Shown: positions 41,478 through 52,581 of the stretch, piece after piece
Position numbering within the stretch: position 1 is the first letter of the stretch
Layout: each line of letters opens with the position of its first letter
NCBI GenBank assembly: GCA_049522395.1
Contig: JBEKNV010000010.1
Span: 7,918 to 71,917, forward strand
DNA from: Methylovirgula sp.
Lineage (GTDB): Bacteria; Pseudomonadota; Alphaproteobacteria; Rhizobiales; Beijerinckiaceae
Length of the DNA stretch: 64,000 nt
Direction of reading: 5' to 3'
Notes under the pieces: generated by a model
What the model was told of the DNA's origin: nothing
Database searches by the model: none
The model's input: the letters and a program-made list of their open reading frames with translations, nothing else
Program-made: the position numbers and the translations under genes

Positions 41478-41638
41478 GCGGGCTGCAGGATGATCCTTTG
41501 GGCTAGAGAGCCCGCACGGGGGCGTCCCGGACGGTTAAAAAGAGGCAAGAAACAAAGGGGTGCCAAAACCGCCGGAGCCGTCTAAAGGAAAGGCGGCCGC
41601 GCGCCTGAGCGAGTGAGCGAGGGTTCAGGCCAGAAGAT

Positions 41639-41663
41639 CCGACAAGAAGAGCCGACAGAAGAG
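41639..41663 (+). repeat. Imperfect tandem duplication just upstream of the TPR gene start
   Basis: ccgacaagaagag (41639-41651) is followed by ccgacagaagag (41652-41663). Confidence 0.8.
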
Positions 41664-41668
41664 CGAAA

Positions 41669-42328
41669 ATGAGCGAATTCTTTCGCGAAGTTGACGAGGA
41701 TTTCCGCCGAGATCAGATCTTCAAGGTCTGGAAGCGCTACCAGAATTGGGTCATCGGCGCCGCGCTGTTGGTCGTCCTGGGGACGGCGGGCTGGCGCGCC
41801 AATGAATATTTCCGCATGAAGGCCGATGAGACGGCCGGCGCCAAATTTGAAGCGGCCCTGCAGCTCTTGCACGACGGCAAGACGGCCGATGCGGCGGGGG
41901 CGTTCGAAGCGATCGGGCGCGATGCCCCGAAGGGCTATGCGGCGCTTTCGCGGCTTGTCGCCGCCGATGCCACGGCCGCCCGCGATCCCAAGGCGGGCAT
42001 CAAGGCCTATGATGCGCTGATCGCCGATCCCAGCTTCGATTCGAACCTCAAGGAAGTCGCTCAATTGCGGGAGGCCTATCTGCGGCTCGATACCGATACG
42101 CCGAAGGAATTCGAGCAGCGCTATTCCGGTCTCGCGACCGAGAATGGTCCTTATCACGACTCGTTGCGCGAGCTTTTGGCCATTGCTGCGTTGAAAGACG
42201 GAGACAATGCGGCGGCCGGGCATTGGCTCGACCAGATTATCACCGATCCGACGTCACCCGAGCCTTTGCGCCGCCGCGCCGATGCCTTTCTTGCTCTCGT
42301 TCAGGCCGGGAAACTTCCGGGCAAATAA
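41669..42328 (+). CDS. YfgM-like membrane-anchored TPR protein
   Basis: 219 aa with an N-terminal TM after MSEFFREVDEDFRRDQ and a helical TPR-like body. Immediately precedes der (TAA then ATG). Confidence 0.65.
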   Translation: MSEFFREVDEDFRRDQIFKVWKRYQNWVIGAALLVVLGTAGWRANEYFRMKADETAGAKFEAALQLLHDGKTADAAGAFEAIGRDAPKGYAALSRLVAADATAARDPKAGIKAYDALIADPSFDSNLKEVAQLREAYLRLDTDTPKEFEQRYSGLATENGPYHDSLRELLAIAALKDGDNAAAGHWLDQIITDPTSPEPLRRRADAFLALVQAGKLPGK

Positions 42329-43726
42329 ATGGTCACGGTCGCCATCATCGGCAGGCCCAATGTCGGCAAGTCGACCTTGTTCAACCGTCTGGTCGGCAAG
42401 AAGCTTGCGCTGGTCGACGATCGTCCCGGCGTGACGCGCGACCGCCGCGAGGGCGAGGCACACCTCGCCGACATTGCCTTCACGATTATCGATACGGCTG
42501 GTCTCGAAGAAGGCGCCGCGCAGTCGCTCGCGGGCCGCATGCGTGCGCAGACGGAAGCCGCGATCGACAGCGCCGACGTCATTCTCTTTATGATCGATGC
42601 GCGCGCCGGTATCACGCCCGACGATCGCGCCTTCGCCAATCTTCTGCGCCGCGCCGACAAGCCGCTGATCCTAGTTGCGAACAAGGCGGAAGGTAGGATG
42701 GGATCGGCAGGTGCACTTGAAGCTTTCGATCTCGGCCTCGGCGAACCTATTGCGATTTCAGCCGAACATGGCGAAGGACTTCTCGATCTGCGCGACGCCC
42801 TTGTCGCGGCGCTTCCCACATTGGCGGAACATGAGGGCGAAGAGGAAGAGGACGAGGCCAAGACATTCGCCGATGACGAAGACGGCACGGAACTCGACAT
42901 CACCAAGCCGCTGCGCATCGCCGTCATCGGCCGTCCCAATGCCGGCAAATCGACGTTGCTCAATCGCATTCTCGGCGAAGACCGTTTGCTGACGGGGCCG
43001 GAGGCCGGCATCACGCGCGATGCCATCGGCGTCGATTTCACCTGGCGCGAACGGCAGTTGAAACTTTTCGACACCGCGGGCCTGCGCAAACGCGCGCGCG
43101 TCGAAGATAAGCTTGAAAAACTCGCCGGCGCCGATGCGTTACGCGCCGCCAAATTCGCCGAGGTGGTGGTCTTGCTCGTCGATGCGACAACACCCTTTGA
43201 AAAGCAAGATTTGACGCTCGCCGATCTCGCCGCGCGCGAGGGTAGGGCGATCGTCATCGCGCTCAACAAATGGGACCTTATCGAAGAGCGCGGCAAACGC
43301 CTGCGGGAGTTGCGCGAAGAGGCGAACCGGCTCTTGGCGCAGGTGAAAGGCGTGCCCGTGGTGCCGGTTTCGGGCGCGACAGGCGAGGGGATCCCCGCTT
43401 TGATGGACGCGATCTTCCGCGTGCATGAGACCTGGAACAAGCGCATTTCGACATCACGCTTGAATCGCTGGCTTGAAGCGGCGGTCGAATCGACGCCGCC
43501 GCCAGCTGTCGCGGGCCGGCGCATTAAAATCCGATACATGACTCAACTTCGCGCCCGTCCGCCCTATTTCGTCATCTTCGGCAATCAGCTCGACCATCTG
43601 CCCGAAAGCTACAGGCGCTTTCTCATGAATGGGATTCGCGAGACCTTCGATCTGCCGGGTGTGCCGATCCGGCTCTCGGTGAAGACGAGCGACAATCCCT
43701 ATGCGGGAAAAAAGCGGCGCGGCTGA
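42329..43726 (+). CDS. der: Ribosome biogenesis GTPase Der (EngA)
   Basis: Two G domains ([16 protein letters not shown]; [20 protein letters not shown]) and a KH-like C-terminus. Confidence 0.95.
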   Translation: MVTVAIIGRPNVGKSTLFNRLVGKKLALVDDRPGVTRDRREGEAHLADIAFTIIDTAGLEEGAAQSLAGRMRAQTEAAIDSADVILFMIDARAGITPDDRAFANLLRRADKPLILVANKAEGRMGSAGALEAFDLGLGEPIAISAEHGEGLLDLRDALVAALPTLAEHEGEEEEDEAKTFADDEDGTELDITKPLRIAVIGRPNAGKSTLLNRILGEDRLLTGPEAGITRDAIGVDFTWRERQLKLFDTAGLRKRARVEDKLEKLAGADALRAAKFAEVVVLLVDATTPFEKQDLTLADLAAREGRAIVIALNKWDLIEERGKRLRELREEANRLLAQVKGVPVVPVSGATGEGIPALMDAIFRVHETWNKRISTSRLNRWLEAAVESTPPPAVAGRRIKIRYMTQLRARPPYFVIFGNQLDHLPESYRRFLMNGIRETFDLPGVPIRLSVKTSDNPYAGKKRRG

Positions 43727-43762
43727 GACCGTTGGACCGCGCTTTGCGACGCTCAACTTGGC

Positions 43763-44188
43763 TCAATTCTGGCTCGGCTTGTCTTTGACGGATGGCCGCT
43801 TGGATGTCGTGGTAAAATCAGACGAAAAGTCGCGGTCAAAGCTAGGCGTATAAGTGCTGTCATAAGCGGAGACTGCTTTTATCTGTTTATGAAGAATTTG
43901 CTCTTCTTCTTCCTTCGTGAATTTTACCGGAGAGTAACTGCTGACGACTCTGAATGCCCAATCTCGTATTTTGGCGGCATTTTCGTCTTTAGGATCAGCA
44001 CGAAGTATGCCGATGCCAAGCTGAATATATTTGAGTTTCTGTTCTTCGGAGTGACTTTGCCAGTTTATAAACGTGGCGAAAAATCCGCCAACGACCGTTA
44101 TGACGGCGGCGACGATTATCGAGTCGCTGAAAATCGATCGCTTTAATTTTTGCTCAGCGGGCCGGGCGCCGTCGTCGGGGGCATTCAT
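43763..44188 (-). CDS. Hypothetical membrane-anchored protein
   Basis: 141-aa AT-rich ORF with a single TM (IIVAAVITVVGGFFATFI). No recognised motif. Confidence 0.45.
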   Translation of the reverse strand: MNAPDDGARPAEQKLKRSIFSDSIIVAAVITVVGGFFATFINWQSHSEEQKLKYIQLGIGILRADPKDENAAKIRDWAFRVVSSYSPVKFTKEEEEQILHKQIKAVSAYDSTYTPSFDRDFSSDFTTTSKRPSVKDKPSQN

Positions 44189-44284
44189 GGGGGTCTCGCG
44201 CCTTTAGCCTCGTCAGGCGCCATCTTATTTCGAATGAGCTGGCGAAGACGAGCGAAATCCGCAAACTCCGAGTAAATCGCTGCA

Positions 44285-45226
44285 TCACTTTCCCAACCTA
44301 TTCTGATAGACGCAGAGATGCGTATAGGCGGCAGCAAGAAGCGGCGTCTCGACTCCAAGCGCCTTCCCGCGCGCAAGAAGGTCGCCGACGATTTGATCGG
44401 CTTCGATCGGGCTGCCTTTCTGTAGATCGCGATACATCGATGAGGTGAGCGGCGAGCTCTCGGCCGTCAGCGAGGCGGAAATCTCGACCAGAAAATTCGG
44501 ATCAGGCGTGATGTTCGCGGCCTTCACGATCAGGGTGATTTCATCGAGAAGCCTGCGCACGAAATCCTTGCCGCCGGACGCTTTGGCAACTTCGCCGACG
44601 GTGACGCGCATGAGGCAGGTGATGACGCCGAGGCTCGCGAGAAAGAGCCACTTCTGCCACATCTCGAGAATGATGTTGGTCGAGGCGTGAGCATCGAATT
44701 CGGCGCCCTGCATGAATTGGTCGAGCGCCTCGATCCGCGCCGACAGTCTGCCGTCGGTTTCGCCGTAAGCCAGCTCGTGGAATTTGGCGAGCTGGACAAT
44801 CTGGCCTTGTGCATCGACGGTCGCGGCGATCTTGCAGACGCCACCGATGACCGCGCGCGCACCGAAGCGCTCTGCCAGGACATCGAGATGCTTCATGCCG
44901 TTAAGGACCGGTAGGATGATCGTCTTGGGCCCCACGGCCGCGGCGAAGTCGGAACGCGCCGCGGTGAGGGCGAAGGCTTTGACTGTCACCAGAATGACGT
45001 CAAAGGGGCCGGCGATGGCGTCGGCGGTCATGAGCTTCGGCTTAAGGTGAAGATCGCCACGCGGACTTATGATAGTCAGTCCATGGTCTCGAATCTGCGC
45101 GGCACGTGCGGCCCGGACGAGAAATGTCACGTCCCGGCCTGCGTGGGCGAGCCTGCCGCCGAAATAGCCGCCGGTCGCCCCCGCTCCGACCACCAAAAGA
45201 CGCATGGAATTTCTCCTGTTAACCAA
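44285..45226 (-). CDS. panE: 2-dehydropantoate 2-reductase (ApbA/PanE family)
   Basis: 313 aa with N-terminal Rossmann motif LLVVGAGATGGYFGGRLA and ApbA-like C-terminal domain. Confidence 0.8.
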   Translation of the reverse strand: MVNRRNSMRLLVVGAGATGGYFGGRLAHAGRDVTFLVRAARAAQIRDHGLTIISPRGDLHLKPKLMTADAIAGPFDVILVTVKAFALTAARSDFAAAVGPKTIILPVLNGMKHLDVLAERFGARAVIGGVCKIAATVDAQGQIVQLAKFHELAYGETDGRLSARIEALDQFMQGAEFDAHASTNIILEMWQKWLFLASLGVITCLMRVTVGEVAKASGGKDFVRRLLDEITLIVKAANITPDPNFLVEISASLTAESSPLTSSMYRDLQKGSPIEADQIVGDLLARGKALGVETPLLAAAYTHLCVYQNRLGK

Positions 45227-45426
45227 CGGACGATTCGATAACGGGCGGCATGCGCGGAAAGACTCATTGATGCAGTGGATTGAAACCCATATCGCGGGAA
45301 TGTGACCGCTTGCCTCCGGGGCGGTTCCAGGCCAAGCAGGCCATCACCCCGGGCGGGGCTTGCGCGGCTTGCGGGCCGGGGGCTGCTGGCCTATGAGTTT
45401 GCTTCTGACAGCATTGAGCTTCGACC

Positions 45427-45747
45427 ATGGTGGATGACATTTGCGAGGTCCGCCCGAAAGGGCGTCTCGATAGCGCAAGCGGCCCTGCATTCGAGAAGGA
45501 TCTGCTCGGGCGGATCGAGAGCGGACGGTTGCGCATGCTGCTCAATTTCGGCGAATTGCAATACATCAGCAGCGCCGGGTTGCGGATCGTCCTCCTTGCC
45601 GCGAAGAAGATGAAATCGGCAGGGGGCAAAATGGCGCTCTGTTCGCTTAATCCACAGATTGCCGAAGTGTTCGAGATCAGCGGCTTCAGCAATATTCTTG
45701 ACATCCATCCTTCGCGGGACGCAGCGCTGCTGGTTCTTGCCGACTGA
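45427..45747 (+). CDS. STAS-domain protein (anti-sigma-factor antagonist-like)
   Basis: 106 aa. Motif LQYISSAGLRIVLLAAKK retains the phosphorylatable-Ser position, and AEVFEISGF is also present. Confidence 0.85.
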   Translation: MVDDICEVRPKGRLDSASGPAFEKDLLGRIESGRLRMLLNFGELQYISSAGLRIVLLAAKKMKSAGGKMALCSLNPQIAEVFEISGFSNILDIHPSRDAALLVLAD

Positions 45748-45815
45748 CGTCCGGCGACGCTTGCGCCGACCCACGGTGACACGGAAGCGTCATCTCGGCT
45801 CAATAGCATTGGCCT

Positions 45816-47483
45816 ATGATAAATCTTGATGTCTTGGCGTCGATCCTGGCCGGACTCGGCCTATTTTTCATTGGCATCAAAGGGATCGCGGCAAATCTTG
45901 TTCAATTGGCCGGGCGAAGTCTGAGGCTGTGGGTTGCGCGATCCACCGGCAGCTATCCGATGAGCGCGCTCATCGGCGTCGTCTCGGGAGCGCTGACCCA
46001 AAGTACCAATGCCGTCACCGTGATCTTAATGAGCTTGGTGACAGCCGATCTCATTACGCTCGGCGAGGCGACGCCGATCCTCGTTTGGGCCAATGTCGGC
46101 ACCTCGGCTCTGGTGCTGCTCATCGCCATCGATATTCATCTGTTCGTCCTGGCGATCACGGCGGCAGCGGGCCTCTGTTATTATTTCAATCTCGATCGCT
46201 CGCCGCGCTGGCGTTCCTTGGTCGGAGCCCTGTTTGCTATCAGCCTGCTGTTTCTTGGCCTCGAGCTGATGCGCAGCGGCACGCATGAGCTGCGCGAAAT
46301 CGCCTGGGTTAGCGACGCTTTGCATCTTGCCGCGCGATGGTACGCCTCCGCCTTTGTCATCGGCGTCGTGCTCGCCATTATCGCGCAATCGTCGGCCACC
46401 GTGACGGTGATGGTGATCGCCATGGTGTCGGCCGGGCTGCTCACCTTGGGTCAGTCGACGATGATCGTCTATGGCGCCAGCGTCGGCTCTGGCGTGGGCA
46501 CGTTTCTGATCGCTTCCGGCGTCGGCGGGACCTCGCGACAGCTGCCGATCCTGCAGGCGATCGTTAAAATGCTGGGCATCGTCGTGCTCCTGCCTTTTTT
46601 TATCGTCGAGCACACGTTCCATGTGCCCCTGATCAACCATGCCATTCACGCGCTGACCAGCAATCCAAGCCGGCAGGTCGCCTATGTCTATCTCACCTGC
46701 CAGATCGCAGCCGTCATTGCGCAGCTTATTTTTTCGAAGCTGATCCCGCCTCTGTTGCAGCGCTTGGCGCCGCCCTCGCAAGAGGAGGCGGTTTCCAAGC
46801 CGCGCTATCTTTATCATCAGGCGCTCAGCGAGCCGGAATCCGCTCTTCCTCTCGTCGATCGCGAGCAGGCGCGGGTCTTCAATTTTCTGCCGCTCTATCT
46901 CGGTGTCTCTGACCACCTCGATGAGAGCGAAGTCGTTCCTAAAGAGGGCACGGTACTCGGCGCCGCAACCGCGCTCGATACCGCCATCGGGCGTTTTCTC
47001 AGCGACCTCGCCGATACCTCGCCGAGCCGCGAGCTGCTCGACAAGATTGCCAACCGTCAGGCGCGCAACAGTCTGCTTCAGTCGGTTCACGAATCGCTTG
47101 CCGAACTCGCCGCCGCCATCGCCGTTCCCTTTGAGACGCCGGCGATGCGGTCGCTCAGTGGGAATCTGTCAGAGGGGCTCGCGGGGTTGCTCATGGTGGC
47201 GGCCGATGCGGTGCGCTCCGGCGATCCGGACGAGCTCGCGCTGCTGCGCAAGCTGACGGCCGACCGCGATAGCCTCGTCGACCAATTGCGCAAGCGGGTT
47301 ATCGCCGCCGACAAAGCCCTGTCGGCGCGCGATCAGCACCGGCTCTATACCCTCACCAGCCTGTTCGAGCGGATTGTCTGGATGCTTCGGCGCTACGGCA
47401 GTCTGCTCGCCGTCGACATTGAGAGCGTACAGGCCGCCGAACCGGCTTCTTCGCTGAAAGAAAGCGCCGCCACCCTGTCCTAA
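45816..47483 (+). CDS. Na/Pi-cotransporter-family membrane protein with PhoU-like C-terminal region
   Basis: 555 aa. Duplicated Na_Pi_cotrans-type segments ([25 protein letters not shown]; [23 protein letters not shown]), then a helical soluble C-terminus. Confidence 0.75.
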   Translation: MINLDVLASILAGLGLFFIGIKGIAANLVQLAGRSLRLWVARSTGSYPMSALIGVVSGALTQSTNAVTVILMSLVTADLITLGEATPILVWANVGTSALVLLIAIDIHLFVLAITAAAGLCYYFNLDRSPRWRSLVGALFAISLLFLGLELMRSGTHELREIAWVSDALHLAARWYASAFVIGVVLAIIAQSSATVTVMVIAMVSAGLLTLGQSTMIVYGASVGSGVGTFLIASGVGGTSRQLPILQAIVKMLGIVVLLPFFIVEHTFHVPLINHAIHALTSNPSRQVAYVYLTCQIAAVIAQLIFSKLIPPLLQRLAPPSQEEAVSKPRYLYHQALSEPESALPLVDREQARVFNFLPLYLGVSDHLDESEVVPKEGTVLGAATALDTAIGRFLSDLADTSPSRELLDKIANRQARNSLLQSVHESLAELAAAIAVPFETPAMRSLSGNLSEGLAGLLMVAADAVRSGDPDELALLRKLTADRDSLVDQLRKRVIAADKALSARDQHRLYTLTSLFERIVWMLRRYGSLLAVDIESVQAAEPASSLKESAATLS

Positions 47484-47572
47484 AAGGTGGGATCGGCGTA
47501 GGGTTGGCGCAAAGGCTGCAGGCCCGCTCCGATGGGGACGACGGTTTCGCGCAGCGCGGCGGCTCAAGGGAG

Positions 47573-49141
47573 ATGGGGGAAATGCTGCTTAACCACTGGA
47601 AATTAGGCCCAAAAATCTATCTGGTCGTTGTCCTCCTTGCATTGGTGACGGCAGCCATCGGCGCGCTCGGCGTCGACGCGATCCAAACCTACAATCAGAA
47701 CGTCAATGCCATCAGCCGTGCGTCACGCAACGCCGTGATGGGCGAGAAGATCATGGGCCTGATCGATGCGGTCGGCATGGATTCGCACAGCGTGACCACA
47801 TCCGCCACCAATGCCGACGCCGAAAAATTCGCGCCGCAGATCGTGCAGAATTTGCAGCGGATCGGGGACCTTCGGCAACAATGGGTCGGGCTCGCAGAGC
47901 CCGAAGATAAGACGACGATGGACCGCATCAGCGCGGAGATCGACGAATTCATCCAATCCGGAACCGAATTGGTGCGCCTGGCGCGTGAAGGCACCATTGC
48001 AGATGCCCGGGCCTATCGCGACAGCGATGTCAACCGTGCTAGCCGGGAGCGTCTGCGCGACGATGTCGCCGCCCTTGCAGACTCGAACAGTGCGCGCATC
48101 GATCGGTTGAGCGGCGAAGTCGCGGCTTACTACAACACCCATGTCTGGCTTTTGGGGCTCGTCACGCTCTTTGTCGTGTTCGGCGGTATCTTTCTCGCGA
48201 TTCTCTTTGTTCGCCGGCTTCTGACCCAGCCGTTGGGCCAAGTTAACAACGCGATGAAAAAGCTGGCAGCTGGCGACACCACGGCGCCTGTGCCCGCGGA
48301 TCGCGGCGATGAGATCGGCGATATGGCGAAAGCCATGCGCTCCTTTCAACGCCAGGCGGTCGCGGCCGATAAGCTCACGGTTCAAGTGACGGAAGACGTG
48401 GGCCGCATCGCGCTCGCGGCGAGCCAGGCGAGCAGCGCAGTGAGCCAGGTCTCCGATGGTTCGAACGTCCAATTGAGTTCGTTGAAGAAGACCGCGGGCG
48501 CCGTCAACCAGAGTACGCTTGCCATTTCCGATGTCGCGAAGAACACACATCTCGCCAGCGAACAGGCCGGCGCTGCCGCGGTCCTCGTCACGGACGGCAT
48601 GAACCGGATGACGGACATGGTCGCGATCGTCAACGCAATCGCGGAGAGCAGCAACAAGGTCCGTTACATCGCAGACGCGATTTCGCGGATTGCGAGTCAG
48701 ACGAACATGCTGTCGCTCAATGCGGCAATCGAAGCCGCACGCGCCGGCGAGCATGGCAAAGGCTTCGCGGTCGTCGCCGAAGAAGTGCGCAAGCTCGCGG
48801 AGAATTCCGCTTCGCTTGCGCAGGAAATTGCCGATCTCGTCAGCAATTCGACATCGCAAGCCGGGCAGGGCGTCGCGATGGCGGATGAGGTGAGCGACAA
48901 GATGCGCCGCATTTCCGATACGGTTCGTCAAAGCGACAAGCTGATGGGGTCCATTGCGACCGCCATGGCGGAGCAACAAGCCGCGATTTCGGAAATCAAT
49001 GCGAGCCTGAATGAGCTGACGCGCATCGGCCAGTCCAATGCGACGGCGGCGGAGGAAATCACCGCCACCATGCTCGATCTCAGCAAGCTCGCCGAACATT
49101 CGCGTGGCGAACTCAACAAATTCGCCGAAATCTGGACCTGA
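47573..49141 (+). CDS. Methyl-accepting chemotaxis protein (two TM segments, helical periplasmic domain, HAMP)
   Basis: TM1, an about 165-aa helical periplasmic region, TM2, HAMP ([16 protein letters not shown]...EIGDMAKAM). Signalling tip is [31 protein letters not shown]. Confidence 0.92.
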   Translation: MGEMLLNHWKLGPKIYLVVVLLALVTAAIGALGVDAIQTYNQNVNAISRASRNAVMGEKIMGLIDAVGMDSHSVTTSATNADAEKFAPQIVQNLQRIGDLRQQWVGLAEPEDKTTMDRISAEIDEFIQSGTELVRLAREGTIADARAYRDSDVNRASRERLRDDVAALADSNSARIDRLSGEVAAYYNTHVWLLGLVTLFVVFGGIFLAILFVRRLLTQPLGQVNNAMKKLAAGDTTAPVPADRGDEIGDMAKAMRSFQRQAVAADKLTVQVTEDVGRIALAASQASSAVSQVSDGSNVQLSSLKKTAGAVNQSTLAISDVAKNTHLASEQAGAAAVLVTDGMNRMTDMVAIVNAIAESSNKVRYIADAISRIASQTNMLSLNAAIEAARAGEHGKGFAVVAEEVRKLAENSASLAQEIADLVSNSTSQAGQGVAMADEVSDKMRRISDTVRQSDKLMGSIATAMAEQQAAISEINASLNELTRIGQSNATAAEEITATMLDLSKLAEHSRGELNKFAEIWT

Positions 49142-49159
49142 CCAGGCCCGAACCCACCC

Positions 49160-50137
49160 ATGGCGCACCCGATCGACACGACCCTCGCGCTTCTGCATGA
49201 CGTGATGACAGCACATCGGCAGGCGCTGACGCGCGGGCCGCAGACCAATGCGCCGGCCGCGATTTTTCTGCCGCGCGGCAAGCGGGCCGATCTCGTGTTG
49301 CGACTGTTGGCGGGCGTCGAAAAACGGGTGGGGATCGAGGTGGCGCAGGCCCCCGCCGAAAAACTGCTGCGCGGCCTTTCCGCGGTCGACACCGGCGAGA
49401 TCGAAAGCTGGGTTTCGGAACTCGAGATCCTGCCGACGACGCATCCGCAATGGCTGGCGCTCATCGAAAGCCTCACGGTTCACGAAACCTATGTGATGCG
49501 CGATCCGGCGCAGCTCGAACATTTCGCGGCGCAATTGCCGAGCCTGATCGCTGAGGCGGAGACATCGCATCGCCTGAATTTCTGGTCCGTCGGTTGCGCG
49601 ACGGGCGAGGAAGCCTATTCGATCGCCGCTCTCGTCTTTGACGCCATGCTGGCGGCGGGCCGCGCTGCGGCGACAGAGACCGCTATGACCCTCGTGCCGC
49701 CTTGGCGGATCGAGGTTCTGGGATCGGATGTCTCTCGCTCCGTCCTCGATCAGGCGCGCGCCGGCCTTTACGAGACCGGACCCTTGTCGTCATTCCGCGC
49801 CGAGTCGGCGCTTGTGCTCCGTCATTTTCCGATGACGCGCGACAAGGGCAAGGCACGCGCGGCGGCGCCGCATCTCAAAGCGGTCACCGCCTTCTCACCG
49901 TTCAACTTGGTCGACAGCAGCCTGCCGGACCAAAAATTCGACGCCGTCTTCTGCCGCAATGTCCTGATCTATTTCAGCGGCCGCGCCCGCCGGATCGCGC
50001 TCGACAAGCTCATGCATGCCGTTCGCCCGGGCGGCTATCTGGTTCTGGGCCCGACGGATACACTGAGCGACACGGCGCTCTTCGACGCCGTGTGGGGACA
50101 GGATGCCGTCATCTATCGTCGGAGGCAGAATGGCTGA
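49160..50137 (+). CDS. cheR: Chemotaxis protein methyltransferase CheR
   Basis: 325 aa with FWSVGCATGEEAYS SAM motif and FCRNVLIYF. Confidence 0.9.
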   Translation: MAHPIDTTLALLHDVMTAHRQALTRGPQTNAPAAIFLPRGKRADLVLRLLAGVEKRVGIEVAQAPAEKLLRGLSAVDTGEIESWVSELEILPTTHPQWLALIESLTVHETYVMRDPAQLEHFAAQLPSLIAEAETSHRLNFWSVGCATGEEAYSIAALVFDAMLAAGRAAATETAMTLVPPWRIEVLGSDVSRSVLDQARAGLYETGPLSSFRAESALVLRHFPMTRDKGKARAAAPHLKAVTAFSPFNLVDSSLPDQKFDAVFCRNVLIYFSGRARRIALDKLMHAVRPGGYLVLGPTDTLSDTALFDAVWGQDAVIYRRRQNG

Positions 50138-51458
50138 GGCCCTACGCTCCGATCCCGCTGGCCGCTCCACGGCCCTGCTGTTTCAACTTGACAAGAAATG
50201 TTGGGCACTGGATGCGGCTTTTGTCGCGCGCGTTCTGCCCAATCAGCCGGCCCGGCCGGCGGGTTTTCTTCCCTTGCAGTTTTCCGGTGTCGTCGCCTAT
50301 GCGGGCGAAGTGTTGCCGCTCCTCGATCTACGCACACGGCTCAATTTGCCCGAGAGCGAAAGTCCCGCTGGCGAATTGCTCGTCCTTACTTTCGGCGCGC
50401 AAAGCTATGCGCTGCGTGTGGAGCGTGTCATTCAGATCGTCGTGCGCAATGAAGGGCAAGACCTCATCTGGCGCGGACAAACCGTCACCTTCATCGATGT
50501 TGCGGCAGTGCTATTGGACGCGCTTGAAGAGACCGCATCGGCCCCTCCTCAAGCACCGACGCGAAATCGGGCGATAGAGCCGATTCATCCGACCGAGATG
50601 GCGGAACTGCCGGGACTGGATGAAATCCGCGCCGCGACGGCGGCGAGCCTCGTGGTCGAGACGGCCTCCGGCCGTGAACGCCTGCCGCGTTACAGTGTCG
50701 TCGAGCTATGTGAGGATTTGCCGAGGGTCGCAGTTCCCGATCCGCGACTGCTCTTTCAGGGAGCCGCGTTTTATCGCGATCAGCTTCTGCCGATCGTCTC
50801 GCTTGACCGTTTGTTGGGACGAACGGGCCAGGAGCCGTCGGCGGACAAGGTTTTCGTCATCGTCGATGTCGCAGGTCGGCTGTGCGCGATTTCAGTCAAA
50901 AGCGTTGTCGGCATGTCGAATGAGCCGGTGTCCAACATCGATCTGCGCGCGCTCCTGCTTGAACATCTCCCCGAAGGGGCGGAGCGGCTTGCGATGCAAC
51001 AGCAGCGTCCCGCTGAGACACCGGCGGAAGAGGGCACGCGCTTTCTTGTCACCGAGGCGGCGGGGCGGCCGTGCGGGTTCAGCCTCGACTCCGTCATTCA
51101 TATCCATGCCGCAAGCGCGGTGATCCGCGCGCCGAGAACGCAGGGCGCGGCCCCGATCGGCGTTGCGGCGATCGCGGGACGCGTCATGCCTGTCCTCGAT
51201 CTTCCCGACAGCCTGGGGCTCGGACAGGGAGCCACGCGCCAGCAATTCATCGAATTTGCGTCGCCTGACGAGGGCAATTTCGCCGTCGCCGTGGACCGCG
51301 TTGTCGGCATCTCTTCGATCGCGCCGAGCGCGCTGCTGCCGGCGCCGCGCGGCAGCAACATCAGCGCAGTCGTCTCGCAAGGGGACGCGTCGCTTCTCTG
51401 GATCATCGATGCTGTGTTGCTCGCGCAGAGCCTGCAGGGGGGTGCCCATGTCGGCTGA
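50130..51458 (+). CDS. cheW: Scaffold protein with three tandem CheW-like domains
   Basis: Start ATGGCTGA overlaps the cheR stop, after GGAGG. Three repeats follow the CheW pattern (FxL...ALxxxxVxxV ... G..LPxxDL ... VDxV). Confidence 0.8.
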   Translation: MAEALRSDPAGRSTALLFQLDKKCWALDAAFVARVLPNQPARPAGFLPLQFSGVVAYAGEVLPLLDLRTRLNLPESESPAGELLVLTFGAQSYALRVERVIQIVVRNEGQDLIWRGQTVTFIDVAAVLLDALEETASAPPQAPTRNRAIEPIHPTEMAELPGLDEIRAATAASLVVETASGRERLPRYSVVELCEDLPRVAVPDPRLLFQGAAFYRDQLLPIVSLDRLLGRTGQEPSADKVFVIVDVAGRLCAISVKSVVGMSNEPVSNIDLRALLLEHLPEGAERLAMQQQRPAETPAEEGTRFLVTEAAGRPCGFSLDSVIHIHAASAVIRAPRTQGAAPIGVAAIAGRVMPVLDLPDSLGLGQGATRQQFIEFASPDEGNFAVAVDRVVGISSIAPSALLPAPRGSNISAVVSQGDASLLWIIDAVLLAQSLQGGAHVG

Positions 51459-52545
51459 TGCGAAGCACACCGATCTCGACATGCCGGTCGCGCCAATCCG
51501 CGTGCTCGTCGTCGACGATCAGAGTTTTATGCGCATCGCGCTTCGACAAATGTTGGAGGCGGAAGGCGACATCCGCGTGGTGGGCGAAGCGCGCAACGGG
51601 ATCGAAGCCGTGGCTATGGCACGCGAGCTGAAGCCCGACGCGATTACCCTCGATGTCGAAATGCCGGAAATGGATGGGCTTCATGCTTGCGAAGAAATCA
51701 TGCGCGATCCCTCGCCACGTCCGGCGATCATCATGGTGAGCGCCCATACGCAAGTGGGAGCCGAGGCGGCCGTGCAGGCGCTGCGTCTCGGCGCGGTCGA
51801 TTTCGTCTCGAAGTCATCGGCCTTCGCCAAGACCGATCTTGCCCATATCGACACCGAGCTTCGCCCGAAATTGCGCGCCTGGGCCAAGCGGCGCACGGTG
51901 GCCTCGCCGAGCGGCGGCTCGGGAAAGGCAGCGAAGCCATCGCGCCATTGGCGATCCGATCTCATTGTGATCGGCGCATCCACAGGCGGACCGCAGGCCT
52001 TGACGAAATTGCTCACCACGATGGGAAAGATCCACACGCCCATCGTCATTGCGCAGCATATGCCGGAATTTTTCACCGCGAGCCTCGCGCAGATGCTGGC
52101 GCAGGATACGAAGACCGATGTGCGGGAAGGCGAACATCGCGGCGTTCTCGGCCCCTCGAGCGTCACGCTCGTTCCCGGCGCACGCGATGGAATCATCGGC
52201 TTGCATCATTCCGGCGGTTATGAGCTGCGCCTGGTCAAGATCGACGCTCATGTTCATCCTTCCGCCGATGCCCTGTTCGAATCCGCGGCGTTGCTCAGCC
52301 GGACGCCCGTCGGTGTGATCCTGACCGGCATGGGCGAAGACGGCGCCAAGGGCGCTGCGGCCTTGCGGCGAAAAGATGTGCCGGTTCTCGTGCAAAGCCC
52401 GGAGAGCTGCATCGTCGCCGGCATGCCGCAGGCGGCCTGCGCTGCGGCGCCCGGATGCGAGGCGCTCAGCATTGAAGAAATTGCGTACCGTCTCAGTGTG
52501 TGGGGCGCGGAGGATTTGAACGCCGCGGGAGCGGCAAGCCCATGA
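51448..52545 (+). CDS. cheB: Protein-glutamate methylesterase CheB
   Basis: Receiver domain (VLVVDDQSFMR...TLDVEMPEMDG) plus esterase domain (GASTGGPQAL). Overlaps the cheW stop by 11 nt. Confidence 0.92.
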   Translation: MSADAKHTDLDMPVAPIRVLVVDDQSFMRIALRQMLEAEGDIRVVGEARNGIEAVAMARELKPDAITLDVEMPEMDGLHACEEIMRDPSPRPAIIMVSAHTQVGAEAAVQALRLGAVDFVSKSSAFAKTDLAHIDTELRPKLRAWAKRRTVASPSGGSGKAAKPSRHWRSDLIVIGASTGGPQALTKLLTTMGKIHTPIVIAQHMPEFFTASLAQMLAQDTKTDVREGEHRGVLGPSSVTLVPGARDGIIGLHHSGGYELRLVKIDAHVHPSADALFESAALLSRTPVGVILTGMGEDGAKGAAALRRKDVPVLVQSPESCIVAGMPQAACAAAPGCEALSIEEIAYRLSVWGAEDLNAAGAASP

Positions 52546-52581
52546 GCGCGCGTTTTCCATCACTCCCTCGATCAGCGGAGC

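Noticed and set aside
45387-45403. Sigma54-like element TGGCCT-N-TTTGCT just upstream of the first STAS gene
   Set aside because: GG to GC spacing is 11 nt instead of the canonical 10. The -24 and -12 boxes are imperfect, and it sits only about 25 nt from the ATG. No enhancer-binding protein gene is nearby.
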